This document shows, piece after piece, positions 37,272 through 47,648 of a DNA stretch of 64,000 nucleotides. The DNA is taken from positions 1-64,000 of IMG/VR virus record IMGVR_UViG_3300026487_000004; one strand, given 5' to 3'. The notes under the pieces are model-generated. The model had not been told where the DNA came from. It made no database searches and was given only the letters and a program-made list of their open reading frames with translations. Origin of the DNA: a virus. Numbering within the stretch: the stretch's first letter is position 1; every line of letters starts with the position of its first letter. A program made the position numbers and the translations under genes.

Positions 37272-38444
37272 TTAATTACCTCTGTTGGCAATCCTTTCTA
37301 AAAATGCAGCTTTTTCTGATTGAATATCTCCTGTAGTTAGAGTTCTCGGTGTTTCGCTTGGAAGTCCTGAACGGTTCTCGTATTTCTTTTGTATTTGTTC
37401 AGTTGTAGCAGACACAGCATGTTTAACTGCTGTTTCAAGAATATGTTGTCTGTTAACACCCCAATAAACGTTTTCTACATATTGAGAAGCTTGTTTAAGG
37501 CTTTCCTCTGTAATTGGTGATTTATTGGAATCAAAGTACAATTCTATGAGCTTAGGAATGTCTTTCTTAAATTCTTCGTTGTAGTTGAAGTTTAATTTAA
37601 GGGCTTTATCGCCTTCCTCTCCGTTTAAGTTAATCTCACCTAATCCTTTAAGGTTTTCAGTGATCTTTGGTATAATAGCTTTAACCTCGTTTTTATACTG
37701 CGTTTCAGCAGCTATTGCGTTAAGCTTTTCTTGTTCTTCCTGTTTAATCTTATCCTCACCTAAAGTTGATAATTCAACCATCTGTTTTTGAAGATCTAGT
37801 TTGTCCCTCTCTGAGCTGATCCTTAATTTTTCATTGAGGATTTTGTACTCATCTGAATCCTCATCATAATCTGATAAAGGAAACTCTTGATCGACTGCTT
37901 TACGTGCCATTTCTTCTGACCATCCATCTTGTACCATTTTATGTACTTTAATATCAGTAGGTGAAACTTTACTTAAATCTCCAATGTCATTTAATCGCTG
38001 AAAACTTTTGATCTGATCTGCCGTTGCACCGTTCATGTGAAGTTCATTCAGTTTCTTTAGATAATCATTAGCAGGAACAATAGTCCCATTTAATTTAGCC
38101 TCTAAGTCCTGTTTCTCTTTTAGAACGGCATCATATTCCTTAAACTTACTTAGTGAACCCTTGAAGCTGTCAATGTCTTTAAATTCACCACCCGAAATTT
38201 CTTCTAGGATTGAATTGTAATCAATTGGAGCTTGTGTTGGTGTCTCTACATTAGTTGTAGGAGTATCTATAACTTGCTCTTGTGGTTGATTTCCCTCTAT
38301 TACAGATGGAGTATCAGTTTGTGTGCCTGGTTCTGATGTAGTAGATGGTGTCTCTGTTACCATTTCGGTTGTTTGAGGTGTGTCTACTGGTTTTTCTCCA
38401 TGCACTTCGGCTGCGTGAGCCGTAATCTGTTCTGCAAAAGTCAT
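37272..38444 (-). CDS. scaffolding-like protein
   Basis: 390 aa, acidic T/E/Q-rich N-terminus and long helical K/E-rich region. Lies between the portal and capsid genes. Confidence 0.5.
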   Translation of the reverse strand: MTFAEQITAHAAEVHGEKPVDTPQTTEMVTETPSTTSEPGTQTDTPSVIEGNQPQEQVIDTPTTNVETPTQAPIDYNSILEEISGGEFKDIDSFKGSLSKFKEYDAVLKEKQDLEAKLNGTIVPANDYLKKLNELHMNGATADQIKSFQRLNDIGDLSKVSPTDIKVHKMVQDGWSEEMARKAVDQEFPLSDYDEDSDEYKILNEKLRISSERDKLDLQKQMVELSTLGEDKIKQEEQEKLNAIAAETQYKNEVKAIIPKITENLKGLGEINLNGEEGDKALKLNFNYNEEFKKDIPKLIELYFDSNKSPITEESLKQASQYVENVYWGVNRQHILETAVKHAVSATTEQIQKKYENRSGLPSETPRTLTTGDIQSEKAAFLERIANRGN

Positions 38445-38488
38445 ATATTTTTTATCAAATTTAAAGGTTTATTTTCTATAATTCCAAA

Positions 38489-40978
38489 TTACATCATTTG
38501 TTGTTGCTCTAATTGCTCATTTTCAGGCTGCATAAGCGACTGATCTTGCATTTGAGGTTGTTGTTCAGGTGGACTTATTGTTTGCGCTACAGTAGCGTTA
38601 TTAGCTTGTATAATCGCCTCTGCGCTTTGAGTATCTGTCTTAGTCTCTCCAACCTTTGTTGGAGCAAGTATTTGTTGCATTAACATGGTATTCTGTTTAA
38701 GCAATTCAGATAACAAAGTATTTTGATTTTGTGTTTGTCCTTTAGCCTCTATATTAGCTCTTTCCATATCTGCTGCTGCTGCCGCTGACTGCTGTTGAAC
38801 ATTAGCATTATCCTGAATGGCTTTTGCATCTTTAGCGTCTTTAGCGATTTTCTTTTTACGTTCTATCTGGGCCAATACAAACATAGCTTCATCAATATTC
38901 CCTGCCATTACTTTCTTCCAAACATATAGATATTCTGATGCTGATAGTCCTTGCTCTCCTCCGCTTTGAACGCCTAAAGCTTTTTGTTCTTTTAAATCAT
39001 TAAGTAGTTCAGCTCTTTCTTGTGCTGACGGAGCAATATCGATTTCTAAATTAAACTCTGCATTAGTAAAGTCTTTACCTAACCTAAGCATGTTTAAGTT
39101 TGTGTTACCTAAAACAGAGTATGAAACTTTTATATCCTTGTCCTTAGCTACTATCTGCCATTTCTTAATAATATCTTCAAAAGCTGCTTTAAAAAGGTAA
39201 TTGAAAGAGTTAAACGTTGGTGTAAGTGATGCATTTGCCGCTTGAAAAGCTAATTTTGTTTGTCCTAGTCCTTGATATGCGCTAGTTCCTCCTGCATCAG
39301 CACCATTTTGAAGCCCTAAAACCTCTCTTAATTCGTTTACTTTACTTGCTATATGTTGGTTGTATATGGTAAGCGCTCCCATGATCTTGGTCAAATCCAA
39401 ATAATCTATTGGTTTAGCTCCACCTGCGAAATAAAGCGGCTTACCTTGATCATCTAAGCCATTGTAGTATAAAATACCTCTTTCTATTAAACCCTGTATG
39501 ATATCTTCCGGTTGTTGAAGAATACCGTTTAACATTACATTTTCCAACAAATCTTTTTGAATGGCCATTGCAGGAGAAGCAGGTAAGGTCGCTAGGGTAT
39601 TTCTCTGTTTGATGATTGTAATGTCGATATCATCAATGATGGCTATACATCTTTCTACTAAAGAGGCATTACCTGTTTTAACAAAGAAATAATCTAATCT
39701 AGGCGTTTTGTTGCCGTCTTCGCCGTAGTAAACTACATCTTTGCATACTCCGTAATCCAAGAACATATCTGTTCCGATAATCCATTTAGAGTAATATTTT
39801 TTTATTACTTCCCTCTGAACCTTTTGAACACCATCTTTTCTTGCTTTTTTATCAATCTCATAGTCAAATGGCACTTCTTTGTAAACCATTCGACCAGAGT
39901 TAGTCATGTTCTTGATATTTGTTTCGATATCCACACTCAACCATTGGCTATCTAAGACTAATATTTTGCATCTTGAAACTGGATCAACATCATATCCTGT
40001 AAATCCAGTTTGAAAGCTTTTATTGTACCATCCTCCGCTTCCAACTAACGAAGTATAGTCAGGGTTCATCCATGCAAATGATTTAGCTAGGTAAAGTAAT
40101 TCTGCACTTGTAAGTTCGGGGTTTTCTTTTCTGATATCAGCAATAGTCATTATCCTTATTTCCCCTGCTCTTGTTATATCGGCAAAGTCATTTCTTTCAG
40201 AATAAGGTATGATACATCTTTCAACGTTTACTTTTCTGATCTTAGGGATTTTGGTGGATTCCTCAATATATGTTTTCCAACCTGTTAATCCTTCGGTATT
40301 GGTTATTAAGTCATCAAATGTAGCATCTTGAAGTACCTTGTAATCACTCATCATTTTAGTCTTGCTACAAGCAGCTTTACATGCTATTTCACGTTGCATC
40401 GTATAACCGCCTGTTTCAAAGTAAAAGTCTACATCTGAGGCGGTTTGTATACCCATATCTTCTGGATTAAGCTCAAAATTGGGTTTTAGATTATTTCTGT
40501 CTAAGAAATCTTTAGTGTTTTTGTCAATGATAAATTTTAATGCCTCTCTTTCACTTTCCTTTGCCGCCATGCTGTCATCGTCAATGCAATTAACCGAAAC
40601 ATCGTATTCCTGGCTCATGTTCTTCTCGCGCATTATGTCGAACATCTGAGGCAATTTATAGTAGGTATCGAACGAAACGTTCATTTTAGTAATAAACTTA
40701 CCATCATTAGTTTTTCTTTTCTTGCCAATTACACTTTCTTTTACCTTATTGGTGCTTTGTTGCCCTTTAGCATAAGACCTCAACTCTGCAAAAGTTCTTT
40801 TAGACCCAAACTCAAATGGAACAGTGCACATGTTGCTTGTGTAATCAGCCATCATTGCGTTATTGACCGCTAAAAAATATGACTTATCTTCTTTAAGCTT
40901 AGGATCAATCATATCGTTTGGATATGGATTTTTATATCGAGTTCCTTTATAATCTGCGGGTTTTAAATATGACTGCAT
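38489..40978 (-). CDS. portal protein (by size and position)
   Basis: 829-aa ORF between the packaging genes and the scaffold, with a Q-rich C-terminal tail. Confidence 0.55.
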   Translation of the reverse strand: MQSYLKPADYKGTRYKNPYPNDMIDPKLKEDKSYFLAVNNAMMADYTSNMCTVPFEFGSKRTFAELRSYAKGQQSTNKVKESVIGKKRKTNDGKFITKMNVSFDTYYKLPQMFDIMREKNMSQEYDVSVNCIDDDSMAAKESEREALKFIIDKNTKDFLDRNNLKPNFELNPEDMGIQTASDVDFYFETGGYTMQREIACKAACSKTKMMSDYKVLQDATFDDLITNTEGLTGWKTYIEESTKIPKIRKVNVERCIIPYSERNDFADITRAGEIRIMTIADIRKENPELTSAELLYLAKSFAWMNPDYTSLVGSGGWYNKSFQTGFTGYDVDPVSRCKILVLDSQWLSVDIETNIKNMTNSGRMVYKEVPFDYEIDKKARKDGVQKVQREVIKKYYSKWIIGTDMFLDYGVCKDVVYYGEDGNKTPRLDYFFVKTGNASLVERCIAIIDDIDITIIKQRNTLATLPASPAMAIQKDLLENVMLNGILQQPEDIIQGLIERGILYYNGLDDQGKPLYFAGGAKPIDYLDLTKIMGALTIYNQHIASKVNELREVLGLQNGADAGGTSAYQGLGQTKLAFQAANASLTPTFNSFNYLFKAAFEDIIKKWQIVAKDKDIKVSYSVLGNTNLNMLRLGKDFTNAEFNLEIDIAPSAQERAELLNDLKEQKALGVQSGGEQGLSASEYLYVWKKVMAGNIDEAMFVLAQIERKKKIAKDAKDAKAIQDNANVQQQSAAAAADMERANIEAKGQTQNQNTLLSELLKQNTMLMQQILAPTKVGETKTDTQSAEAIIQANNATVAQTISPPEQQPQMQDQSLMQPENEQLEQQQMM

Positions 40979-41034
40979 ATGAGTGATTTTTAGTCAAATA
41001 TCCAATATTTTTTATATAATTCAATATAACATAG

Positions 41035-42393
41035 TTACTTGTGCCGGAACCATGAGTTTTTGGACTTATTATCATAAGCTTTAAATACGGTATTAACCTT
41101 TGCGCCATGAACTATTTTATCTTGAAATAAAGTGTATGCAGTATAATTGAAGAATGGCATATCTGTAGGGCTTATGTTGTCTTTATTATCAAAATATAGC
41201 TTGTTTAAGGCACTTAAAAATTCTTTTACCGCTTCTACCTCTCCACCTAATATACCTGCGTTTAAGAGCGTTCTATTAGCGTAATTTTCTAAAAACTCTT
41301 TATATCCTTCCATAATTATAAATTCATTTTGTGTTTCCCTAAACCATTTATTATCTACCTTACTCATTCTTTCATCACCTACAAATAACTTACCTCTTAA
41401 ATCACTTTTAAACGGACTGTTGATAATTTCTATATCTGTTCCATCAATGCAAAATACATGATCGTAATTTATTTCATTTAAAAATTTCTCTATACTAATC
41501 CATCTTTGGAAATAAGGATTATGAGTTGTTTCTACTTTAACATACTCTACGTTATCTGTGTTTGGTAAATCAAAGCAGTCATGTAAAACTATTAGTTTTT
41601 CTTTCTTTAAAGACTTTATAAGCTTATCAAGTAGTAGATGGTTTGGTTTCCAAAGTTTGTTTCTCTGAGGGTCTGAAACACTTGTAAAAAATGTGGTGAT
41701 AAGTACGTTATCAGTTTTATAAGGAATGTAAGCTTTACTTCTTCGGTTCTCTAAAAGAATTTTGTCGTTACGTAGTATCCAGGCTTTCTTATTTTTAACA
41801 GAGCTTTCTGTTTCGCAAGCCCAGTCCAAACTGTAAAATAATTCAGTACTGTTTTCTACATCTTGGTATCTTTTATCTGTTAATCCAGCATTATAGACTC
41901 TGTCAGAGAAGTTAACATGCTCGTGTCCATATACACCAAACGACTCGTCAAAGCCTCCTATAACGTCTGTTACGTCTTTATGAATGTATAACATACATCC
42001 GCATGGACTTGAATATTCTGTTATACCATTTTCTGTGTTTAATACTTTATGTTTGTTTGTTTTCCCATTCTGATATGTATGAAATGTGAACATTAAGTGT
42101 TTAATGCAGGAATTAATGTAGGGAAGCCACCAATTCTCTTTGATAGGAAATATATCATCATCAAAAAGGAACTTATGTTCACAATCTTCTAATAAAGATA
42201 AACACTTGTTTTTGGCTTTAGCTATACCTGCTTGCTTTTCAAATCTATAGTCAGCCTCTAAAACAGGAATGGTGGAGGCATCATCTACCACCACCAACTT
42301 AATATTTGGACTTAACCTTTTTATTTCTTCATACGACTTCTTAAATACATCGTATCTGTTTCTTGTGGTTATTGCTATTCCTATTTTAGACAT
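41035..42393 (-). CDS. two-domain glycosyltransferase (N-terminal GT2/GT-A, second DxD-containing GT-A-like domain)
   Basis: IGIAITTRNRYDVF...KLVVVDDAS...FLFDDD is a GT2 signature. The C-terminal half has YFQRW...HVFCIDGTDIEI...LNAGILGG. Confidence 0.65.
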   Translation of the reverse strand: MSKIGIAITTRNRYDVFKKSYEEIKRLSPNIKLVVVDDASTIPVLEADYRFEKQAGIAKAKNKCLSLLEDCEHKFLFDDDIFPIKENWWLPYINSCIKHLMFTFHTYQNGKTNKHKVLNTENGITEYSSPCGCMLYIHKDVTDVIGGFDESFGVYGHEHVNFSDRVYNAGLTDKRYQDVENSTELFYSLDWACETESSVKNKKAWILRNDKILLENRRSKAYIPYKTDNVLITTFFTSVSDPQRNKLWKPNHLLLDKLIKSLKKEKLIVLHDCFDLPNTDNVEYVKVETTHNPYFQRWISIEKFLNEINYDHVFCIDGTDIEIINSPFKSDLRGKLFVGDERMSKVDNKWFRETQNEFIIMEGYKEFLENYANRTLLNAGILGGEVEAVKEFLSALNKLYFDNKDNISPTDMPFFNYTAYTLFQDKIVHGAKVNTVFKAYDNKSKNSWFRHK

Positions 42394-42940
42394 ACTGAAA
42401 AACTAAACCTTTTGTACTTTTTCTTTTCCCTTTACAGATTTTGACTACACTTGACATGTCTAATTCATATTTTTCACAAGCTTCTTTCATTGTTGTAAAA
42501 ACTTCATCAGTAGTAGTGCATTTTATTTTTTTAGCGCTATAATTTAATTCTCCAAACCTACCTTGAAAAGCACTTTTTCTTTTAAGAACCTTATACGCGT
42601 GAATATTATTTTCCTGTTGAGTATTCCATTCAAGGTTTTCAACCCTGTCGTCATTTCTAATACCATTTTTGTGATTTACTGTAGCTTTATTTTCAGGATT
42701 TGGAATAAATGCTATAGCAACCAATCTACTTATTTTTGCATCCTTTATTACACCTAACTTTGATAGGTTAATTTCTTGATAACCGTGATTTATATTAGCT
42801 TTTAACGTTTTTCCTTTTCTTTTTGTAGGCAATCCTGTAATGCTGTGTTTAACATACCTATCAATGCTTTTTACATTGCCCATATTACTTACTTTGTAAT
42901 ATCCTTCATAACCTACTACGTCTTTCCAAATTTCTTCCAT
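42386..42940 (-). CDS. HNH homing endonuclease (NUMOD4-type N-terminus)
   Basis: WKDVVGYEGYYKVSNMGNVKS ... VNHKNGIRNDDRVENLEWNTQQENNIHA. Confidence 0.75.
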   Translation of the reverse strand: MEEIWKDVVGYEGYYKVSNMGNVKSIDRYVKHSITGLPTKRKGKTLKANINHGYQEINLSKLGVIKDAKISRLVAIAFIPNPENKATVNHKNGIRNDDRVENLEWNTQQENNIHAYKVLKRKSAFQGRFGELNYSAKKIKCTTTDEVFTTMKEACEKYELDMSSVVKICKGKRKSTKGLVFQYV

Positions 42941-42966
42941 AATATTTTTTTCTATAAAAATAGTTA

Positions 42967-45165
42967 TTAAACATAGTTTTCTTGAAAGTGTATTATTTTC
43001 TTTTGTTCTTGTCTTGTGAATTTGAAAACGGGTTGAGCTGAGGCATATTCACACCAGCCACAACTTACTCCCAGATCTTTCTTACCACGATTAGCCCAAT
43101 TCATGCTTAACAATTGCTCTAATAAATCAGGGTGATCTATTGTATTAGCCCACTTAGCAGATAGTGTTGTTAAGAACTCAAAGTATGTATTAATGTTACC
43201 TGTTGTTGCACTTACTCCGTGAACCTCTGTTTGTCCTTTTGAGTTTTTGAAGTTAGTAGGTTTATCCATTAAATAAAGTTCATAACCTTTGTTTTTTAAA
43301 TAGGTGTGTAACCCTCCAAATCTATCTTTTTCCGGAAGAAAATCAGTTCCATAATAAACCATAGTCATAACAACATCATTAAAGAAATCTATTGGATCAG
43401 CTGGTCTTTCTAAATATGTACATACAACCCTATTTGATATGAAATTTGCTCCATCATCTACAGGATTCCCGTTATATATTCCCCTAGATTCATCTGTAAA
43501 TTGGTAATACCTATCGGTACCTCCATCTAATGCCTCATTTAGTCTGGCCTTAACGCATATAGCTCCTTTTGAAGGTTCTGCCTCTAAAGTTGTCTGTTGA
43601 TCGATTGGATCGACACCTGCACAGAAATGCTTAATATTAGCTGGCTTTGGAGACATTACTCCAATTACTTTTGCATTACTTTGTAACCCGTAATCATGTG
43701 GATGTTTAGATATCACCCATCTTCCCTTAGCATTTGGCTCCCATATAACTGTTGTATCAGGAATGCCATCCTTCCACTTTAAATTGCCTCTAACATATAG
43801 ACCTTTGGGAGCTTGATTTTGAATGTAGAAAAGTCTTTTTTGCAGCTTTTCAATATCAAATTGAGAGTTATCATTTGCCCCTGCAAATACATCTTCTATA
43901 GTAAGGCAGTTTTTTCTTTTAAATGAAATGGCACCCTTAATATCGCCTGAGTCGATAAACATTTTTGTTTTTTCCTTTATCTCAGCGATTATTTTTTCTT
44001 TTAATGGGAAGCCCCATCTATCTACTTCTCCTCTATCAACGGCATTCCTAAAGCATCTCCATAAACCATTAGCAGTTTTACCAGCGGATGTTACTTTTGT
44101 TGGGTCTGATTGATTCCATATTGTTAAAGCCCATTGTAAACTAGCTTCTCCTATATCCTCAACAGTAGATGTCATTATTATCATTCCCATCTTACGGTTC
44201 AGGATACGACTCTCTGTTGCTTCTTTAATTACTTTTATCCATTCAGTAGGATCTAATTTCCCATTTGATTTACCAAACTCATCTAAATACGCTCTTCCTA
44301 ATGTTGTACCATCGAACTCTGTGGCATTACTTGGCCCAAAATAGAATTGTGAGTTTATCTCTGGATATTCATAATCATCGGATGAACTTTTATTAGCAAC
44401 CTCTCCTTCTTTTGTTTTCTGCTTAATTGAAGTAAATGTTATATGTTGTGCCGGATAGCTTAAGTTTAATCCTTTTTTTGGGTCTTCTGTACCTTGATTT
44501 AAGGGACGGAAATAGTAAATCATTTTCTTATGACCATGTACTAATCGATAATATGATTTCTTAGCGTGTCCCTCATTAATGCAAGATTGAATAGCATTTA
44601 TTGTTCCTCTAACCCTTGCTCCGTACTCGTGCATCATACATACTACAGATTCGGTATCTCCCAGCTGTCTGCATTTAAAGTCTGCTACTCCATCGCAATT
44701 AGGGTCTAAAACCGCAGCTTGCCAAAAAAGAAAAAAATCTCTATCAGATGATTTGTATATAAATTCGACTCCTGTTATGGAGTTCCAATAATTCATTTTA
44801 TAATTCAATAATGGTGGTATATATGTTTTGACACCCTTTATCCAAAACCATAATCCATTACGCCTTCTATGCCATTCTCGTGCAATGAAATCTTCTAGCC
44901 TTTTTTGACTCCAATTCTCTTTTCCAAAGTTTTTATTAGGTGTTAAAACTTGTTTTGGTATTAGTGTTCTGCGAAATATTTGATCGTGTATGTCTAAACC
45001 AAAATTAGCACAATCCTCATCAGGAGGTGCGCTAGGAATAATTATATCTCTTTCGTAAATGTGTTCTATTTTTGATTTCTCATCCCATCTAATCGTATAA
45101 TCAGGGAGTTCTTCTAAGTCAATATACTTATCATCCTTAGATATTTTTGATTTCCAATCTATCAT
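42967..45165 (-). CDS. terL: terminase large subunit
   Basis: 732 aa. Walker-B-like AYLDEFGK, coupling motif IIMTSTVED, nuclease-domain CAGVDPIDQ. Confidence 0.7.
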   Translation of the reverse strand: MIDWKSKISKDDKYIDLEELPDYTIRWDEKSKIEHIYERDIIIPSAPPDEDCANFGLDIHDQIFRRTLIPKQVLTPNKNFGKENWSQKRLEDFIAREWHRRRNGLWFWIKGVKTYIPPLLNYKMNYWNSITGVEFIYKSSDRDFFLFWQAAVLDPNCDGVADFKCRQLGDTESVVCMMHEYGARVRGTINAIQSCINEGHAKKSYYRLVHGHKKMIYYFRPLNQGTEDPKKGLNLSYPAQHITFTSIKQKTKEGEVANKSSSDDYEYPEINSQFYFGPSNATEFDGTTLGRAYLDEFGKSNGKLDPTEWIKVIKEATESRILNRKMGMIIMTSTVEDIGEASLQWALTIWNQSDPTKVTSAGKTANGLWRCFRNAVDRGEVDRWGFPLKEKIIAEIKEKTKMFIDSGDIKGAISFKRKNCLTIEDVFAGANDNSQFDIEKLQKRLFYIQNQAPKGLYVRGNLKWKDGIPDTTVIWEPNAKGRWVISKHPHDYGLQSNAKVIGVMSPKPANIKHFCAGVDPIDQQTTLEAEPSKGAICVKARLNEALDGGTDRYYQFTDESRGIYNGNPVDDGANFISNRVVCTYLERPADPIDFFNDVVMTMVYYGTDFLPEKDRFGGLHTYLKNKGYELYLMDKPTNFKNSKGQTEVHGVSATTGNINTYFEFLTTLSAKWANTIDHPDLLEQLLSMNWANRGKKDLGVSCGWCEYASAQPVFKFTRQEQKKIIHFQENYV

Positions 45166-45767
45166 ATGTAGCTGTTACTTTCTGCGTGTTTCTCAGCATA
45201 GGTAGTGATTTTTTTCGCCTCATTCAATGCTATTTCTCTTGCCGCCTTACTATCTGGGAAAATTTTGGCTTCTAGCCTTCTTAGCTCTTCTCCCGTAGCT
45301 TTAAGCATCCTTCTCACCTTATCTTTTCTGTCTACAAATTTAGCTAAATCTTCACCTTCCTCTCTAGGCCGCAAACTATCCATTGTAAGCACGTCATGGG
45401 TCTGTTTGGTACTTTGATATTCTGTCCAGTCAATGTCGTGGTAGATCATCAGATAACGTCCGAAACAATCAAGGTAATGTGAGTCTTTGTATTCTACAAT
45501 GTCATCGTATAGTTTTTTAGTTGGTTTTCCTTCTAAACTTAATCCTAAATATTCAAATATTGATTTTATCATGGTTTTCCTGTCTTTTATTTTTAAGAAA
45601 GGGCTTTCCATGTCTGCCGTTAATACAGCTGTTTTAATGATATTCTCGTTCTTAGTACATGTGAACTCTGTAAACGCAGAAAGCTCATTGAAGTGATCAA
45701 CGAGCTTAGTTCCTTTCGGACATTCATGAATAGGTATGTAAAGTTTAGAAAAATCGTACATCTCCAA
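45162..45767 (-). CDS. hypothetical protein (small-terminase candidate by position only)
   Basis: 201-aa ORF, ATGA-coupled immediately upstream of terL. Confidence 0.3.
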   Translation of the reverse strand: MEMYDFSKLYIPIHECPKGTKLVDHFNELSAFTEFTCTKNENIIKTAVLTADMESPFLKIKDRKTMIKSIFEYLGLSLEGKPTKKLYDDIVEYKDSHYLDCFGRYLMIYHDIDWTEYQSTKQTHDVLTMDSLRPREEGEDLAKFVDRKDKVRRMLKATGEELRRLEAKIFPDSKAAREIALNEAKKITTYAEKHAESNSYI

Positions 45768-46653
45768 CCTCCTCTTTTTTATTTGAATCTAATTCAAAGT
45801 TTAACGGCACAAAGCACCAAAAGTCTTTTCTCTGTACCAATTCAAGTTTTTTATCACTCATAATCTGATGGCTTTCATATTCTAATTTCTGTGATCCTCT
45901 TGGGTCGTATAGTAGCTTTTCATTGTCTTTAAATTGATAATCAAAATCTACCTTCTCAGGTTGTTGTAAGTAGCCTCTGTTTGGTGTGCCGTACTTTAGA
46001 ACTTTACCTAATTGCTGTTTACGGTTTTTCTTTTGTTTACCTTTTAAAGTCGGTAGTATCAGTCCGCCATTACCTTCTATATACTCTAAACCATTTTCTA
46101 TTTTCGTTTCTACTTCTTCCGGTTCAACTAATATCCATCCATTTAGCATTTTGTCAGGTTTGTCATTCTCATCTAATGTCATGTAAAGCATATCGTATTT
46201 TATCAAATACATCATGCCAAAATCTGTTTCCATTATCAGGTTGTCTTTTACAGCTTTGTCATGAGCCATGTAGCTAAAGTTAACCCGATCTCCTTTTTTT
46301 ACCTCAATATCAGTGTCAAAGTTTACTGATGCAAGTGTTAATTCATCTATATCCTTTTGAACAGAATAGTTTACAAGTCTCATTTGACCGTTTACTATCT
46401 TATGTGTTTCATAATTTGACTTTAGATATTTTATTTTCTTCAAGTAAAAATTTAACTGTGTTGGAGCGGCATACACAGTTCCATTTGTAGAGAAGTTTCT
46501 TTCTTTAACGTTTATTGTTTTGCCATTCTCATATTTTATGTCAGAAGTAAATAATCCTAGTTCCTTTCCATTCATCTGAAAAGTTGTTAAGTGATCATCT
46601 GGCTTAACTAAAACGTAATTGGCTAGTAACTGTATTTCGTTTGTTTTAAGCAT
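45745..46653 (-). CDS. tandem GroES-like (co-chaperonin fold) protein
   Basis: IQLLANYVLVKPDD and LNGWILVEPEEVETK...GGLILP...GKVLKYG resemble the GroES N-terminus ([25 protein letters not shown]...GEVLAVG), twice. Start taken at ATG 46653; the track ORF extends to 46722. Confidence 0.4.
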   Translation of the reverse strand: MLKTNEIQLLANYVLVKPDDHLTTFQMNGKELGLFTSDIKYENGKTINVKERNFSTNGTVYAAPTQLNFYLKKIKYLKSNYETHKIVNGQMRLVNYSVQKDIDELTLASVNFDTDIEVKKGDRVNFSYMAHDKAVKDNLIMETDFGMMYLIKYDMLYMTLDENDKPDKMLNGWILVEPEEVETKIENGLEYIEGNGGLILPTLKGKQKKNRKQQLGKVLKYGTPNRGYLQQPEKVDFDYQFKDNEKLLYDPRGSQKLEYESHQIMSDKKLELVQRKDFWCFVPLNFELDSNKKEEVGDVRFF

Positions 46654-46951
46654 TTGTTTTCTCCTTATACTGTTGGTGTATCCATTCTTTTTCATTATAG
46701 CCTTTACGCGATTTAAAACCACCTATATCAGCATGCTTAACAGTGCCGTCTTCAAAAAAGAAAGCATATATGTATTTTTTACCGAACTTTACTACCCTAC
46801 TATTTATTTTACACCCTAACGCTACACAGAAGACTTCTTTTTTCTCAACTTTGTGTTTATAATTTTCTAATTCGTCTTCATAAAGATCGAAATCCATTGG
46901 TTGAACTCTGCCTCCTTCTGAGCGTGTATACAATAATGCTTTATTTCTCAT
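46646..46951 (-). CDS. hypothetical protein
   Basis: 101-aa ORF. Confidence 0.5.
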   Translation of the reverse strand: MRNKALLYTRSEGGRVQPMDFDLYEDELENYKHKVEKKEVFCVALGCKINSRVVKFGKKYIYAFFFEDGTVKHADIGGFKSRKGYNEKEWIHQQYKEKTNA

Positions 46952-47648
46952 ATTTTGATTTGTTTGGATATGTTTCTTCTAAAAATTTAATCATATCATC
47001 GTTAATTGCATGGTCTGCTGTGCTGAACCAATCTCTGTTATTTAAGCGTTCTTTTATTTGATTGTAAGTTAATTTTTCTTTTATCTTACAGTCATTCATT
47101 TGCTCGCCTTCAATATTTAAAGTATTTGCATAAAGGCTTTTAATCACATATCCATACTCTTTATCCCAATCTATGCCCCTTTGTGTACAAATAAACGAAT
47201 TTTTATTGTAAACTATAGGAAAGTGAACATCAAAGTCCTTAGTAGGATAGTTGTTGTTCATTAAATGCCTCCTTGTATGGTTTAAAGATTTCCTATATCC
47301 TGGATTCGTTATCTTCATGCTTTCATAAAGTTCTCCTTTGTAATAGTAAGGCAGCTTATTTACATCGTAATCTTTCAACAAGAAATGATCATCATTGGCG
47401 AATACAAAATTTTCAGATACCTCATCGCTAATACAAGCTGACAGTATTTTACGGTATATGTTTCTTTCTTTAAACTGACTTAATTTATCTTCTTTACATT
47501 TAATGTATTTAACGTCTTTTAATCGATTATCTTTTTCTCCTAATATAATGAGTCCACTTATACCTATTATGTGTTTCTGAAAGCTTCTAATAGCGTAAAT
47601 AACCTCTTTAGATTGTGTGCCTGTCTTTAATGGTATGACTAAATTCAT
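46941..47648 (-). CDS. Stealth-family-like (hexose-1-phosphoryl transferase CR2/CR3-like) protein
   Basis: EVIYAIRSF..., VSENFVFANDDHFLL (Stealth CR2: SE.F.Y.NDD.F) and FDVHFPIVY (CR3: H.P). Confidence 0.45.
   Translation of the reverse strand: MNLVIPLKTGTQSKEVIYAIRSFQKHIIGISGLIILGEKDNRLKDVKYIKCKEDKLSQFKERNIYRKILSACISDEVSENFVFANDDHFLLKDYDVNKLPYYYKGELYESMKITNPGYRKSLNHTRRHLMNNNYPTKDFDVHFPIVYNKNSFICTQRGIDWDKEYGYVIKSLYANTLNIEGEQMNDCKIKEKLTYNQIKERLNNRDWFSTADHAINDDMIKFLEETYPNKSKYEK

Noticed and set aside
45981-46277. Plus-strand ORFs 45981..46277 and 45986..46186.
   Set aside because: They are antisense to the GroES-like gene and isolated on their strand.
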